A stretch of 44,277 nt of DNA from a virus (IMGVR_UViG_3300043344_000001:1-44277); one strand, 5' to 3'; shown: positions 34,160 through 44,196, numbered from the stretch's first letter. The notes: generated from the sequence alone by a model not told the origin. Program-made: numbers and translations.

Positions 34160-36145
34160 TTACGCAGCGTCCCGCGTGAAGGTCCACTGGTCTTCGGCGT
34201 TGGTGCTGAAGTAGTAGCCGGACGCCGGGACTGCGATGACCTTGATGCTGGCGCCGGCGGCGAGAGCCGTCTGCGCGCCCGCGGACAGCGTGGCGTTGGT
34301 GGTCTCGTTCTTGTAGACCACGCCGGTCTTGGTCGGGATGGTGACCACGCCAGTGGAGGCGACGAAGGTCGGAACCGTCGGGGCCACCAGGACGTCGGTG
34401 GAGGCGACCTTGCGGATGATGAGCGCCGATTTGATCTTGACCAGCGCACCGGAGAGCCGGGTCTCCATCAGGTACTTGTACTGGTTGTAGTCGATGTCGA
34501 AGTCGTCGAACGTGTTGATCTCGCCGCCGCGGTCCGCGCCGATGTTGTAGTCGTCCAGGTTGACGATGATGCCGACCAGGTCGTCTTCCTGCTCCATCGG
34601 CTCGACCGCCACGATGGCGGAGACCATCAGCGCGGAGGCCAGCTCCTGCACGGAGTTGTAGTACCGGCGCTGGTTGCCGTCCTTGCACAGCAGCATCTCG
34701 ACGATGACGGCTTCGGTGGTGTAGAACGTCGGCGTGCCGGTGCCTTTGTAGTACTTGCGGGCGCGCAGCAGGCCTTCGATGACCTCTTCGTAGGTCGAGC
34801 TCGCGTCGTCGATGTTGACCCGGACGGTGGTCGCGTAGAGCTCGTGCTCGTTGGCGATCGAGCGAATGCCGGCGCCGTCGACCGCGGCGGCGGGATCCCT
34901 GATCTTGTCCTCGTCGTCGACCGCACGACCGTCACCGATGAGGATCGCGCGCGCGATCTCCTCATCGAGCATCATGCGCATCTCCATCTTCATCCACGCC
35001 ACGACGTCGAAGTCGGTGATGTCGACGATGTCGTCCCGATCCAGCTTCTGCTTCTTGTAGACCGTGGTGGGGGTCGTGGTCCGCTTGGTGACGCCGAACC
35101 ACTCTTCCTTCTTGTACGAACCCTTGATGTAGCCCCTGGCGCGGGCCGCGTCCTGGGTCAGGTCGGCCACGATGGACTTGACGCGGGAGAACGGGCTGTG
35201 GCGGGTGCCGTTGAGCACGCCGGCGACCCACTCGGTCCGCCGCTTGTTGAACTCCGGGCGGTCCTGCAGGCTCTTCGCGTCCGGGAAGAGGACGTCGATG
35301 TCGGTGATGCCGTGCTTCACCGCGTAGGACTCGACCGCCGTGCGCAGAGTGTTGCCCGGCTTCTTCGCGTCGTCGAGGATCTCGGTCATGTCGGAATGCG
35401 AGAGGGTGTGCTTCTCCACCTTGGTATCGCCGCCCTGCTCGAAGACGTTGTGCTTCGTCGTCATGTCGCTTCCTTCCTGGTGGGCGAGCTCGCCCTCGTT
35501 GTCCTTGTCGTCGGTCTTCGAGCCGTCCGAATGAGCCGCCGGGTCGCCCTGAGAAGTCTCGAGGGCGACGCTGACCATGTAGTGCACGACACTCTTCTGC
35601 TCTTCGGTCAGAGTCTCGTAGACGTCCTTGAGGGTCTGCTCCGCGTGAGCAACGACCTCTTCGTCCGCCGTGATTTCGATCTCGAGGCCCGTGTGGATGA
35701 TGGCCTCGTCTTCGAGGGTCTCGATTTCACCATCGGCGTGCGCGACACGCACGTAATCGATGACGGCGCCGGGATTGGCTCCACGCAGAACCAGGCTGAC
35801 TTCACAGATCATTCCGTGAAGAACCTGCTTGGCGTTGGACACCAACTTCTCGACGATCTGGTTTGCGTAGATCGAGAGCTTGTTGATGTCCTTGTGCATC
35901 ACCAGAGCTTTGGTGTTTTGACCCTGAGGGGTCTCGTTGAAGAAGCCGTAGGCGTAGACGCCATCGGGACGAGCTTCGAGAACCGCGTGGCCGAGGACGT
36001 TGTCGGGGCTGTTGTGGCCATGCTGCCAAACGAGTGGAACCGTCACCTTGTCCATGTGCTTGAACGCTTCGGCTGTGATGGTCCTACCGTCGGAGCACTT
36101 GAGACCAGCCTTCGTGGCGTAACCGCTGAAATCAGCGCCATCCAT
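34160..36145 (-). CDS. Prohead protease - major capsid protein fusion with C-terminal Ig-like domain
   Basis: FSGYA, VPLVWQH.H, LSI, EVSLV..GANPGA (HK97-type protease); acidic linker; HK97-fold capsid region. Confidence 0.9.
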   Translation of the reverse strand: MDGADFSGYATKAGLKCSDGRTITAEAFKHMDKVTVPLVWQHGHNSPDNVLGHAVLEARPDGVYAYGFFNETPQGQNTKALVMHKDINKLSIYANQIVEKLVSNAKQVLHGMICEVSLVLRGANPGAVIDYVRVAHADGEIETLEDEAIIHTGLEIEITADEEVVAHAEQTLKDVYETLTEEQKSVVHYMVSVALETSQGDPAAHSDGSKTDDKDNEGELAHQEGSDMTTKHNVFEQGGDTKVEKHTLSHSDMTEILDDAKKPGNTLRTAVESYAVKHGITDIDVLFPDAKSLQDRPEFNKRRTEWVAGVLNGTRHSPFSRVKSIVADLTQDAARARGYIKGSYKKEEWFGVTKRTTTPTTVYKKQKLDRDDIVDITDFDVVAWMKMEMRMMLDEEIARAILIGDGRAVDDEDKIRDPAAAVDGAGIRSIANEHELYATTVRVNIDDASSTYEEVIEGLLRARKYYKGTGTPTFYTTEAVIVEMLLCKDGNQRRYYNSVQELASALMVSAIVAVEPMEQEDDLVGIIVNLDDYNIGADRGGEINTFDDFDIDYNQYKYLMETRLSGALVKIKSALIIRKVASTDVLVAPTVPTFVASTGVVTIPTKTGVVYKNETTNATLSAGAQTALAAGASIKVIAVPASGYYFSTNAEDQWTFTRDAA

Positions 36146-36162
36146 TTTGACTGTCTCCCTTC

Positions 36163-36798
36163 CTACTTTGGTTTGGATCCGGCCCCGACGGGGACGGCCT
36201 TTCGCACCGTTGTTGAGATTGTGTTCTGTTTGGCTATCTTGTCTCTCAACTCCCGAATCTTAGCTTCGACAGCTTTGATCTTGGTTTGAAGAGCAGCTAC
36301 CGATTCTTCTGGAGTGTCATTCTTGTGCTGTTCGTAGTAGTCGTGAGCCTTCTTGGCCTCATCAGCCTTGTCCTTTGGAGTCGGTGCTGGCGTTTTAGTG
36401 TCTGCCGGCTTAGATTCAGGACTAGGAGATTCAACACCACTACGAACTCGAGCTTGTTTGACCAACTCAGCAAGAATCTTTCGAAGTCCGTCGAGCTTAG
36501 ACTTCAAAACTTCTGTAGCGGCCTCAATCTCTTTTCTTCTCTGCTCAGCTGTCTTCTTTACAACAGGAACAGCCTTTTTAAGAACTGGCCCAGTCTTTTT
36601 GACTGGCTGAGTTGAGAAGTTGTTTGGCTTAGCCGGTTGGGCTGCTGGGGGAGGACCAACAGCACCGTCTCCGTCCATTCCTCGGCTTCGACCTTTGAGG
36701 TCTCTTGTTCGAAGATAGTAGGCGTGGGCGTCGGCAGCGTTGTATTCATGCCTAAGAATCAACCCCTGAATGAAAACCTCAGGGGACGGCATCTGCAC
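36163..36798 (-). CDS. Basic coiled-coil hypothetical protein (possible internal head protein)
   Basis: Between portal and capsid genes; two AH(A/D)YY motifs; Lys/Pro-rich. Confidence 0.7.
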   Translation of the reverse strand: MQMPSPEVFIQGLILRHEYNAADAHAYYLRTRDLKGRSRGMDGDGAVGPPPAAQPAKPNNFSTQPVKKTGPVLKKAVPVVKKTAEQRRKEIEAATEVLKSKLDGLRKILAELVKQARVRSGVESPSPESKPADTKTPAPTPKDKADEAKKAHDYYEQHKNDTPEESVAALQTKIKAVEAKIRELRDKIAKQNTISTTVRKAVPVGAGSKPK

Positions 36799-38101
36799 TC
36801 ACCTGAAACTCTTTCATCATGTCGTCCAGTTGCTGATTCAGAGAAGCGAAAGCTCCTTGAACGACAGGATCGGGACCGTCAGCTTGTTGCTGTGAATCCA
36901 CTTGAGGATCTGGTTGAGGATCTGGTTGAGGCATGTTACTGTTTCGAAGTTCATCAGCCTTTGGATCCTTCGAAGGCCTGATACCCATGAAACCGCGAAT
37001 CTCATTACCCGAAACAATTTCATTTCGGGTAAACTTATCCGCGATTTCGGCGATTTGCTCAACCGGAACAAACTTGAACGGATCCCGGAAGAACAGAATC
37101 GACTGCCCCTGAGTGCGAGCGGTCTTTGTCAAGAACGTCCGCTTCATGGCTTCAGTGATCGCCGCGAGAACCGGCTCGACCGTTCGGTTGTAGTAGTTCA
37201 GCATGGTCGCTTCGTTGGCGGTGCCGTTCATGACTTCCGCCGTGATACCAAGCTGACCATACAACATCTCAACCAGATACTCGACCTGCTTGAGGAGGTT
37301 GTTTTCAGCCGGCCGATTCAGCTGAGTGACCTTCTCAGTGCCATCAGTATAGGCAATGCCATACTGACTGCCCTTCAGCTGGAACTCGACATCTTTCCGC
37401 CGCTGTTCAGCCTGCTGTCTGCGAGCATCAGACTTCACCACGTATGGCAGCTGGATAATCAGATCCAGTTTTCCAGAACTAGACTGTTTATCGATGGCGT
37501 CCAACATGTTGAGTTTCGTGATGAGCCTTTGGAGGGTGCTGTTTGGTTCGTTCATCACGGCGAAGAGAGGATTCTCGACGATCGCAACGAACTTCTTCTC
37601 GAGTGTGACTTCTTCCCGTCGGCCGATTTGTTCGTTGTAAACGTCGACCCGAACATGCCGTGGGTACCACTGTACGACATGCCCGACTCGTAGAGTCCTG
37701 ATATCGAAGCCGCCGGAGGTTGCGGGATTGATCGTTGTATCCACAGGAACGATGGCGGCAACGCCTCGGTCGAAGAGTGTGAGCACAACATCTTGGCGGA
37801 ATGCACGAGCTGCCTGGTCGATGTTTGCTTCGACCGTCAAACATTCGTTCAAACCGCTAACGATGTCTTCGACGTACCGCTTATCGTCGTCCACTCGAGC
37901 ATGTCGAATATCTGCTGCTGCGATATCGATACTCATGCGCGCGTAGATCGAGGAGATGATCGATCGCTCGTTGGAAAGCACAAGCCTTACTCGATCAGGC
38001 CGAGTACCGTAGCTAGCCCCGATGTCTCGAGGATTCTGGCGGTTCTCCAAGTTCAAGAAGGCGTTCCACGCGTGCTTGATTCGACTGCCGAAAGTCGTCA
38101 A
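36779..38101 (-). CDS. Portal protein
   Basis: Follows TerL; HK97-like portal features, NEIRG.MG..P C-terminal motif, PQPD repeats. Confidence 0.9.
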   Translation of the reverse strand: MTTFGSRIKHAWNAFLNLENRQNPRDIGASYGTRPDRVRLVLSNERSIISSIYARMSIDIAAADIRHARVDDDKRYVEDIVSGLNECLTVEANIDQAARAFRQDVVLTLFDRGVAAIVPVDTTINPATSGGFDIRTLRVGHVVQWYPRHVRVDVYNEQIGRREEVTLEKKFVAIVENPLFAVMNEPNSTLQRLITKLNMLDAIDKQSSSGKLDLIIQLPYVVKSDARRQQAEQRRKDVEFQLKGSQYGIAYTDGTEKVTQLNRPAENNLLKQVEYLVEMLYGQLGITAEVMNGTANEATMLNYYNRTVEPVLAAITEAMKRTFLTKTARTQGQSILFFRDPFKFVPVEQIAEIADKFTRNEIVSGNEIRGFMGIRPSKDPKADELRNSNMPQPDPQPDPQVDSQQQADGPDPVVQGAFASLNQQLDDMMKEFQVSADAVP

Positions 38102-38126
38102 GAGTCACCTCCTTCCAATGAATATG

Positions 38127-39872
38127 TCATTCGAACGCCTCCTTGTGCAGCTTGTAAGCAACGAAGGCGTCCATCATGGCTGCCACGTTGTCGATCTTTT
38201 CGTCCTGGCGCTTCTTCAAGAGCTTTCTGTTACCATTTGTGTCTTCGAGCGTGATGGCGTTGCCCATGGCAAAAGACATGAGAGTCTGATCGAAGATGAG
38301 AAGACGCTGTTCACTGAGATGTTTGAGCTCACCCAGCGGAACCGACTCTGTTCTCGCTCCCTGAATTACTTTCTCAATCCCAAAAGGGCCGTTCTCCTGT
38401 TCCCAGCGAGTCACGAATTCTTTGGCATTGTAGGGGTCGAAGCCTAGAGAACGAACGTCGTACTTCTCCGATTCAATGAAGGCGTCCAAATCATCATAGA
38501 CTTCCATGATGTCGAGGATTGTTCCCTCGAGAACGTGAAGACTGCCTTCTTTGATGAACTCTTCGTACTTGTGTCGCATGGCGCCAGGAAGCTTCATCAA
38601 GGTGAGCGATGTGATGTAGCTTCTCGTCTTGATCCCGAACCCTCTTTTCAAAGGGAACAGGAAAGTGAACGCACAGAAGTCATCACCCTGAGAAAGGTCT
38701 GCGCCAAGGGCACAAGGCATCTCCCAGAAATTCCTACGACGATGAGGTAGGGTCTCTTCGTAGGTGAAGAAGTACGTATAGCCTTCCATCGGAATGCCAA
38801 ACCGTTTTGCTAGAATGTCATTCCTAGAGGCCGGCGCTTTCTCGGCACGTTCGACGTCAAGCTGGTATGTTTCGTACGTGACGGTCTTACCGATGTTCGG
38901 CTGCGCTTTAGGCCACATCGCAGGGTCGGCAACTTCATCCAACTCGTCCAGCTTGTAGTGCCAGATCGAAACATGGGGCGCAAGATACTCACCTCTTAGG
39001 ATGTCAGCGAGTTCCATTTTGATAGTATCGCCGGAACCGTTTCGAACTGTTCCTTCTGAGCTGACGGCGATGATCAGATAGTCTTCTAGTTTGGAAGCAC
39101 CCTGCTCGATTGCTCCGATGACATCTTCTCGAAGATCACCAGACAACCATTCGTCAACAGTGGCAACCTTGGTTCGAAGACCTTGAAGTTTTCCGATCGC
39201 CATTGGCCGAATCTCAAGCAGAGATCCAGTCAAGAAGTTCTCGATACCCTTCTTTGTTGCTGCTAGTTTGACTCGATTGGCTCTAGAACCAGTAGTGTTC
39301 TGGAGCGAACCATCCGTCAGGAACTTGAACAGAGGTCCTCGAGACCGGACAATGGATGTCCGAATCGGAGACATGACCTCTTCGGCTTGTTTCATTGTTG
39401 GCGCAGTCGTGATCTGGTGCGTTGTCGAAGTATCGACGTTCAAAAAGTAACTCTGAAGACATGATTCATACACCGACTTTGCTGCGCCTCGAGCAACGAT
39501 GAGGAATTGCTTTGTCGTTAAACGTTTCTTGATTGTCTTGGTTACGTAACGACCACCACGATTGTCTTCAGATGGCTCGTACACACTTCTTTGTACGAAG
39601 TAGTACCAAGCGAAGATCTGTTCTGCCCATAACTTGAATGTCGGGAGCAGATGAAGATCGCTACCATCAGTCAGAGTCAATTCGTTCTCACAATAGAGAA
39701 CGAAACCTTCAACTGCTTGATCGTCGTACCAGATGTTCGGATTAGCGATGAGCGCATCGATGCGATTCATCTCCATAGCGATTTCCCGGTTTACTGGGAT
39801 GTCACCACGAACTACTGCCGCACGAAACTGACCGTAGTAGACTGGAGTCGCTTTGTTCGATAGCGTCATCAC
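38127..39872 (-). CDS. Terminase large subunit
   Basis: VARGAAKS Walker A, TVDEW Walker B, GADLSQGDDF and KIDNVAAMMDA nuclease motifs. Confidence 0.95.
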   Translation of the reverse strand: MMTLSNKATPVYYGQFRAAVVRGDIPVNREIAMEMNRIDALIANPNIWYDDQAVEGFVLYCENELTLTDGSDLHLLPTFKLWAEQIFAWYYFVQRSVYEPSEDNRGGRYVTKTIKKRLTTKQFLIVARGAAKSVYESCLQSYFLNVDTSTTHQITTAPTMKQAEEVMSPIRTSIVRSRGPLFKFLTDGSLQNTTGSRANRVKLAATKKGIENFLTGSLLEIRPMAIGKLQGLRTKVATVDEWLSGDLREDVIGAIEQGASKLEDYLIIAVSSEGTVRNGSGDTIKMELADILRGEYLAPHVSIWHYKLDELDEVADPAMWPKAQPNIGKTVTYETYQLDVERAEKAPASRNDILAKRFGIPMEGYTYFFTYEETLPHRRRNFWEMPCALGADLSQGDDFCAFTFLFPLKRGFGIKTRSYITSLTLMKLPGAMRHKYEEFIKEGSLHVLEGTILDIMEVYDDLDAFIESEKYDVRSLGFDPYNAKEFVTRWEQENGPFGIEKVIQGARTESVPLGELKHLSEQRLLIFDQTLMSFAMGNAITLEDTNGNRKLLKKRQDEKIDNVAAMMDAFVAYKLHKEAFE

Positions 39873-39884
39873 TAACCCTCCCTT

Positions 39885-40238
39885 CTACTTTTTCCTTAGG
39901 CCGCCGATCATCATCTTTCCGGCCGGCGAATTTGCGAAAGCGACGGCCTGATTGACCGTACCGCCAAGGTTCAGAATGTCCTGTATGACTTTGAGCGCCT
40001 TCGTCGTTTTGGATGGATTCAGGCGCGTGAACTGCTGCTCCAAATTCATCCGTGTGATGAGGTCCTGCATCTCTTTGTTGCTTAGAGATTTAGTTCCTCC
40101 AGCTTTGACCTTCTTCTTGATCGAGGAAGCTCTCGCTGAATCATCGGACGCGGGGACCGAAGAGGAGCTCGATCGCCGAACACCCCACTTCATTCCTTTG
40201 ACGCCGAAATGAGCGAGAATGTCGTCGGCTGTTTTCAT
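39885..40238 (-). CDS. Basic protein with LAHFGVKGMKWGVRR N-terminal motif (DUF7211-like)
   Basis: Motif seen directly; LSNKEMQ..I.RMNLEQQF segment. Confidence 0.8.
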   Translation of the reverse strand: MKTADDILAHFGVKGMKWGVRRSSSSSVPASDDSARASSIKKKVKAGGTKSLSNKEMQDLITRMNLEQQFTRLNPSKTTKALKVIQDILNLGGTVNQAVAFANSPAGKMMIGGLRKK

Positions 40239-40251
40239 CTAGTCACCTCCT

Positions 40252-40992
40252 CTACTTCTTGACCCCACCGATGATGGAATATGCTGTTGCTGACTTCTTC
40301 AACCCACTGACAACGGCATAAAGACCAGACGTAGTCTTCTTCACTCCGCTGACAACAGGATATGGAACTGACGAAGGAGACGGGGGCTTCAACACACCCA
40401 AGAACATCTGGTAGTAATCGTTCCCGTTGCCAACCCAGCTAACCGTTCCCGTTGATCCTGCAGATAGGCCAGCTTTGTACCCGCTGGCAGAGACTGCATT
40501 CTGCTGAGGCTTCGTCCAACCTGATGGAACCGTCCACGAACGAGACACCGTTGCCCACGAAGAGACAAAGGATATACCCATACCGCCGTCTACCGCCGTA
40601 ACCGACGTGTTGATCGTTGTTCCGGCGTTGTTTGCAGTTCGAAGAATCGTACTACCACTCACCCATGGGCTTCCTGCTGTCGCACAACCACGAATGCCGA
40701 GCAATTGTGCGGCTCGATATGTAGTTCCGGTCCAGGTGAAGTTATACGAGCCTGTATCCACGCCAGTGAGGCGTTTCCAGAAGATCGTAAGACCGCCCTG
40801 AGTCGACGCGTTGGTTGTATCTACAGCAAGCTGTGTCCACGTTCCATCAGGAGGAGTGATCGCAGCTGTGGACTCTTTGTACACGGCTACCACAGCAATA
40901 TCGTTCGCCAAAGCTGGCCCAGCGACGGCAATCGACGCATTTGCGGCATTTCCAGGATTCACTGGGTTTGAATCTAGGAAAGTGACGGTCAT
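40252..40992 (-). CDS. Virion-associated beta-rich protein (minor tail / receptor-binding-like)
   Basis: Internal duplication with TPPDGTWTQ / TVPSGWTK; C-terminal VVSG.KK repeats. Confidence 0.65.
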   Translation of the reverse strand: MTVTFLDSNPVNPGNAANASIAVAGPALANDIAVVAVYKESTAAITPPDGTWTQLAVDTTNASTQGGLTIFWKRLTGVDTGSYNFTWTGTTYRAAQLLGIRGCATAGSPWVSGSTILRTANNAGTTINTSVTAVDGGMGISFVSSWATVSRSWTVPSGWTKPQQNAVSASGYKAGLSAGSTGTVSWVGNGNDYYQMFLGVLKPPSPSSVPYPVVSGVKKTTSGLYAVVSGLKKSATAYSIIGGVKK

Positions 40993-41708
40993 GGCGTGTA
41001 CTCAACCCAGAGAGCGCCCTCGAGAGCGGTCAGTTCTGTGGGATCCGTCGGAAGAGCTGTGCCGGCGGTGACGATCACGACTCGAGCGGAGTTTGGTGTT
41101 CCCGCGGGACCCTGAGCACCAGTGGCACCGGTCGCTCCAGTTGCGCCGGTAGCACCAGTAGCACCTTGTGGGCCTGTATCTCCAGGATCTCCCTTAGGTC
41201 CCTGGGCTCCGGTAGCACCCGCAGCGCCAGCAGCACCAGTTGCGCCCGTAGCCCCCGTAGCACCAGCCGCTCCGGTGGCTCCGGCATCTCCTTGAGGACC
41301 CTGAATGCCTTGAGGACCATCTGCGCCCGTTTCCCCAGGTGCACCATCTTCACCTGCGGGTCCGGTATCGCCCGTGTCACCCTTAGGACCAGTAGCACCT
41401 GTTGCTCCCGTACTTCCTGCAGGACCTTGAGGTCCTGTTGCACCAGTAGCCCCGGTTGGACCAGGATCTCCTTGTGGGCCGGGAACGCCGTCGATAACTG
41501 CCTCTTCGATTGCGGCGTCGACGATCGCTTGGATGAAAGCTTCGTCAGCAGCAAGATATGACAGCGAAGTCCAGGCTTTTACCCCATCGCCAATCTTCAG
41601 TTTCCCCGTGTCGAGTTCAAAGCCTGGTTCTCCGGCAGCTAGGACGGGATTTCGACTTGTCCAGTTGGTTGCGGAGTCTCTACGAAGTTTGAACCTGAAA
41701 AACGACAT
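40989..41708 (-). CDS. Collagen-like fibre protein with hyaluronidase/Mtd-like N-terminal domain
   Basis: LRRD..W...[19 protein letters not shown]...W..L.Y followed by a long Gly-X-Y run. Confidence 0.85.
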   Translation of the reverse strand: MSFFRFKLRRDSATNWTSRNPVLAAGEPGFELDTGKLKIGDGVKAWTSLSYLAADEAFIQAIVDAAIEEAVIDGVPGPQGDPGPTGATGATGPQGPAGSTGATGATGPKGDTGDTGPAGEDGAPGETGADGPQGIQGPQGDAGATGAAGATGATGATGAAGAAGATGAQGPKGDPGDTGPQGATGATGATGATGATGAQGPAGTPNSARVVIVTAGTALPTDPTELTALEGALWVEYTP

Positions 41709-41717
41709 CTACCCTCC

Positions 41718-42122
41718 TTATGCTGATCCACCGTCGAGGAATTCGTCATCTTCAGGGTCGTCGCCGGGCTCAGGATCCACCCAGTTGGTCGCCTCTTTAT
41801 AGACGTTGAGGCGCCATTCGAGTTCTTGCTTCTGTTTCTCGACGGCGGCGATCAGATATGACGTGCCAGGAGGGTCGAACAAGAGTCTCACACAGAGATA
41901 CATGTAAGTCTTGACCGAATTCAACCGAGGATCGGTACCAATGAAGGCGTCCCACGTGGCAGCGTCATCCTCGATTGCGAAACCCTGTTCTGGCCCAACA
42001 CCCAACTGATTGAGTGTCGAGAAGACACCGTTGATGTACAGCACGATGTCGGGGTCAAAGGCCTCATAATCCGCGCCGAGGCCGAGATTCTTCTTGGTAC
42101 TAGTGAGGATGCTGGTGCTCAC
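41718..42122 (-). CDS. Head-tail connector / adaptor
   Basis: SIL.STKK.LG...FD.DI..IN..F..L.QLGVGP..V+L.FDPP..ELEWRL; GTG 42122 after SD AAGGAGGT. Confidence 0.75.
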   Translation of the reverse strand: MSTSILTSTKKNLGLGADYEAFDPDIVLYINGVFSTLNQLGVGPEQGFAIEDDAATWDAFIGTDPRLNSVKTYMYLCVRLLFDPPGTSYLIAAVEKQKQELEWRLNVYKEATNWVDPEPGDDPEDDEFLDGGSA

Positions 42123-42145
42123 GTGAGACACCTCCTTTGGTTGGG

Positions 42146-42946
42146 TTAGAAGCGACCCTCGTTGAGCCGGCGCTGAAGAGCCTTGACGACCTCGGACTTC
42201 GGCGTGGAAATCCGTTCGTCCACGGGACTTCCGAGGTACCGCTGCAGGGCGCCGGCGGTCTTGTATCGCTTGCCGTCCTGTCGAATCCCGTCGCCGTCGA
42301 CGACGATCCTTGAGTCGACGGTCGCCTTGAGCCGGCGCTGGACAGCCTTGACTAGATCGCTCGGCTTGGAGATCACGCCATCTGGCTTGGTGCCCATGAC
42401 TTCCTGCCACCGGCGGATCGTCTTCGGACCGAGTTCACCGTCGACGACCAGCTGGCTTGGACCCGGCGAAGGCCTGGGTGGAGGAGCACCCAGTTCCATC
42501 AGGTGCCAGTTGGTGTTGGTGACCTCGTCGGCTTCTTGCGTGAAGTCCGTGTTGACGTGGGCGTGCTTCGAGTGATCGTTGCTGCCCGTGTATTCACGAG
42601 TGACATAGCCGTCACGCTTGTGCCAGATCCGCTTGTTGAAGATGATGTAGCGGACCCACCAGAGCTTGCCCTGTCGAGCGAGGGTGACCCAGTGCTGGAC
42701 CACCAACTCCATCGTGATACCGGTCGGATCCCGAAGGTCGGCGTCGAAATCGCGCGCGCGAACCTCATCCTTGGCGTCGCCATCCCGATACTCCGGCTTG
42801 CCGGTCTTGTCGGGGTTGTGGCTTGAAGCTCCGCCCTGGTGAGCGACATCTCCGATCGAACCATCGCTGGATTTGTCGCGACCTGGGAATCGGGCGTCGA
42901 GCTGGTCGCGACCTTCGTCGAGAGCCGGAACGACAACCCACGTCAT
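42146..42946 (-). CDS. Endolysin: M15-like Zn peptidase plus peptidoglycan-binding domain
   Basis: SSHNPD..ARDFD..HSKHAH zinc-ligand pattern; VDGELGPKT..WQ and ALQR.L PG-binding repeats. Confidence 0.75.
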   Translation of the reverse strand: MTWVVVPALDEGRDQLDARFPGRDKSSDGSIGDVAHQGGASSHNPDKTGKPEYRDGDAKDEVRARDFDADLRDPTGITMELVVQHWVTLARQGKLWWVRYIIFNKRIWHKRDGYVTREYTGSNDHSKHAHVNTDFTQEADEVTNTNWHLMELGAPPPRPSPGPSQLVVDGELGPKTIRRWQEVMGTKPDGVISKPSDLVKAVQRRLKATVDSRIVVDGDGIRQDGKRYKTAGALQRYLGSPVDERISTPKSEVVKALQRRLNEGRF

Positions 42947-43110
42947 CGCGGCTCTCCCTTGACGCGCCAGGCCTCATCGGCGTTGGGGTCGCTCCACGGA
43001 TCCGGGAGCTCCTTGCCGATGTGCTCCTCCGGGTTCTCGTCGAACGGGTGAGCGTCGGTTGCCTCGAACTCAGGCTCGAGGAACTCCGGCTCCTTGACTT
43101 CTTCGCTCAC
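42943..43110 (-). CDS. Small acidic protein (55 aa, MSEEVKEPEFLEPEFEATDAHPFDENPEEHIGKELPDPWSDPNADEAWRVKGEPR)
   Basis: Translated by hand; GTG with SD AAGGAG; TGA overlaps the endolysin ATG. Confidence 0.75.
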   Translation of the reverse strand: MSEEVKEPEFLEPEFEATDAHPFDENPEEHIGKELPDPWSDPNADEAWRVKGEPR

Positions 43111-43125
43111 TTGCTTCTCCTTCGT

Positions 43126-43542
43126 TTACCACAACTTTGTATCACCTGGTTTTCGATCGACGAGAGGCCGGGGAAGTAGTCTCTCGTCGCCATAGTGAAT
43201 GGCGTTGTGGGTTCTGTGGGCGACTGTGACCAGAAATTCTGAATCAAGAATACTGGGATCCCCGTCAACAATTTGATCACGAGTCACAGGATTCATGTGA
43301 TGGATATAGAGACCGCTGTGGATCTCAAAACCCGGCACACCCATGTCACAACCAAGGTCTCTGGCGATGACATGGTGGCGAAGGTTGCGCCATTCTCTCG
43401 ATGTGTAAAACATTTGGTTGATCCATCGATCGAATCCAAAGGTAGATTCGCCTACTCTACCTTTCAGTTCTAGGTACTTGTACCGATCCTCGTAGGTCTC
43501 GAGTCTTCGCAGATCTGAATAGGACCTAATCAAGGTAATCAT
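43126..43542 (-). CDS. HNH endonuclease (terminase-associated)
   Basis: FYTSREWRNLR..VIARD.GC..IHHMNP..THNAIH; adjacent to TerS; exact start uncertain. Confidence 0.85.
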   Translation of the reverse strand: MITLIRSYSDLRRLETYEDRYKYLELKGRVGESTFGFDRWINQMFYTSREWRNLRHHVIARDLGCDMGVPGFEIHSGLYIHHMNPVTRDQIVDGDPSILDSEFLVTVAHRTHNAIHYGDERLLPRPLVDRKPGDTKLW

Positions 43543-43870
43543 CGCCTCGATCAGCCGGCTTCTGACCCGCGTACAGACGCATAGCATCAAGCGCCTGAGT
43601 GTACAGCTCTTCGACCCTTTGTTGAGAAGCGATCTGTTCAGTCTTAGCTCTGGTCATCTCGTTCTCCAAAGCCAAACGCTCTTGTTCGAGAGTTTCTCGA
43701 GAAGAACCAAGTTTCAGATAGTGCGTGATGACCTGAGCAGAAGCCGTACCATTCGCAAGTTGTTGCTCGGCGAGATCTACGGCCAAAGAAACGAGTTGAC
43801 GCTCTCGAGCTTCAGGAGTCGTGGCGGGACGACGCTTCTTTGGATCCGGAGTCTCTTTTGCGGGCGCCAC
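43526..43870 (-). CDS. Probable terminase small subunit
   Basis: PATTPEARERQL..LA.DLAE.QL..GTAS.QVITHYLKLGS; position near the genome end next to HNH. Confidence 0.6.
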   Translation of the reverse strand: MAPAKETPDPKKRRPATTPEARERQLVSLAVDLAEQQLANGTASAQVITHYLKLGSSRETLEQERLALENEMTRAKTEQIASQQRVEELYTQALDAMRLYAGQKPADRGDDYLD

Positions 43871-43902
43871 AGGACCTCCTTTCGTTCGAGGTGGGTCAGA
43901 TC

Positions 43903-44196
43903 TTAGGGAGCGATGATGCCGGCGGTCCGCAGCTTGGCGAGGAGGGCGTTCAGGACCGTACGGGTCGCGGCGTGGTCGACTCGAAGGGCGTTGAACTCGG
44001 CTTCGGTCGGAGACTCGCCGCCGGTGATGGCTGCCTGGGTCAGAGCGGCGACGTCGGCCTGAGCCGCGGCCTGAAGAGCGGCGACGTTCGGCGTGTTGTC
44101 GGCGTTGTAGAGGTACAGCGGCTTCAGAGCGCCCACGTAGTTCGCAGGAGGCGTGACGAGCTGATACGCCTCGACATCCGGGCTAGTGTTGGACAT
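43903..44196 (-). CDS. Head fibre / decoration-like protein
   Basis: AAQADVAAL..PTEAEFNAL..LNALLAKLRTAGII motif; SD GAAGGAG; high GC3. Confidence 0.6.
   Translation of the reverse strand: MSNTSPDVEAYQLVTPPANYVGALKPLYLYNADNTPNVAALQAAAQADVAALTQAAITGGESPTEAEFNALRVDHAATRTVLNALLAKLRTAGIIAP

Noticed and set aside
34157-36289. 710-aa plus-strand ORF, and similar long plus-strand ORFs at 32627-33589, 15284-16240, 26186-28261 and 11367-12188
   Set aside because: Antisense shadows of GC3-biased minus-strand genes; no SD or recognisable motifs
36902-36932. 12-bp tandem repeat in the portal gene
   Set aside because: Encodes a low-complexity PQPD tail; no sign of phase variation
41100-41490. 9-bp-period repeats
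   Set aside because: Explained by Gly-X-Y collagen coding
41718-42410. Long N-terminal extensions in the ORF track (also 8083..8634, 32633..33595, 29205..29657, 5827..6159)
   Set aside because: They overlap upstream genes or promoters; downstream starts with SD or stop-start coupling fit better
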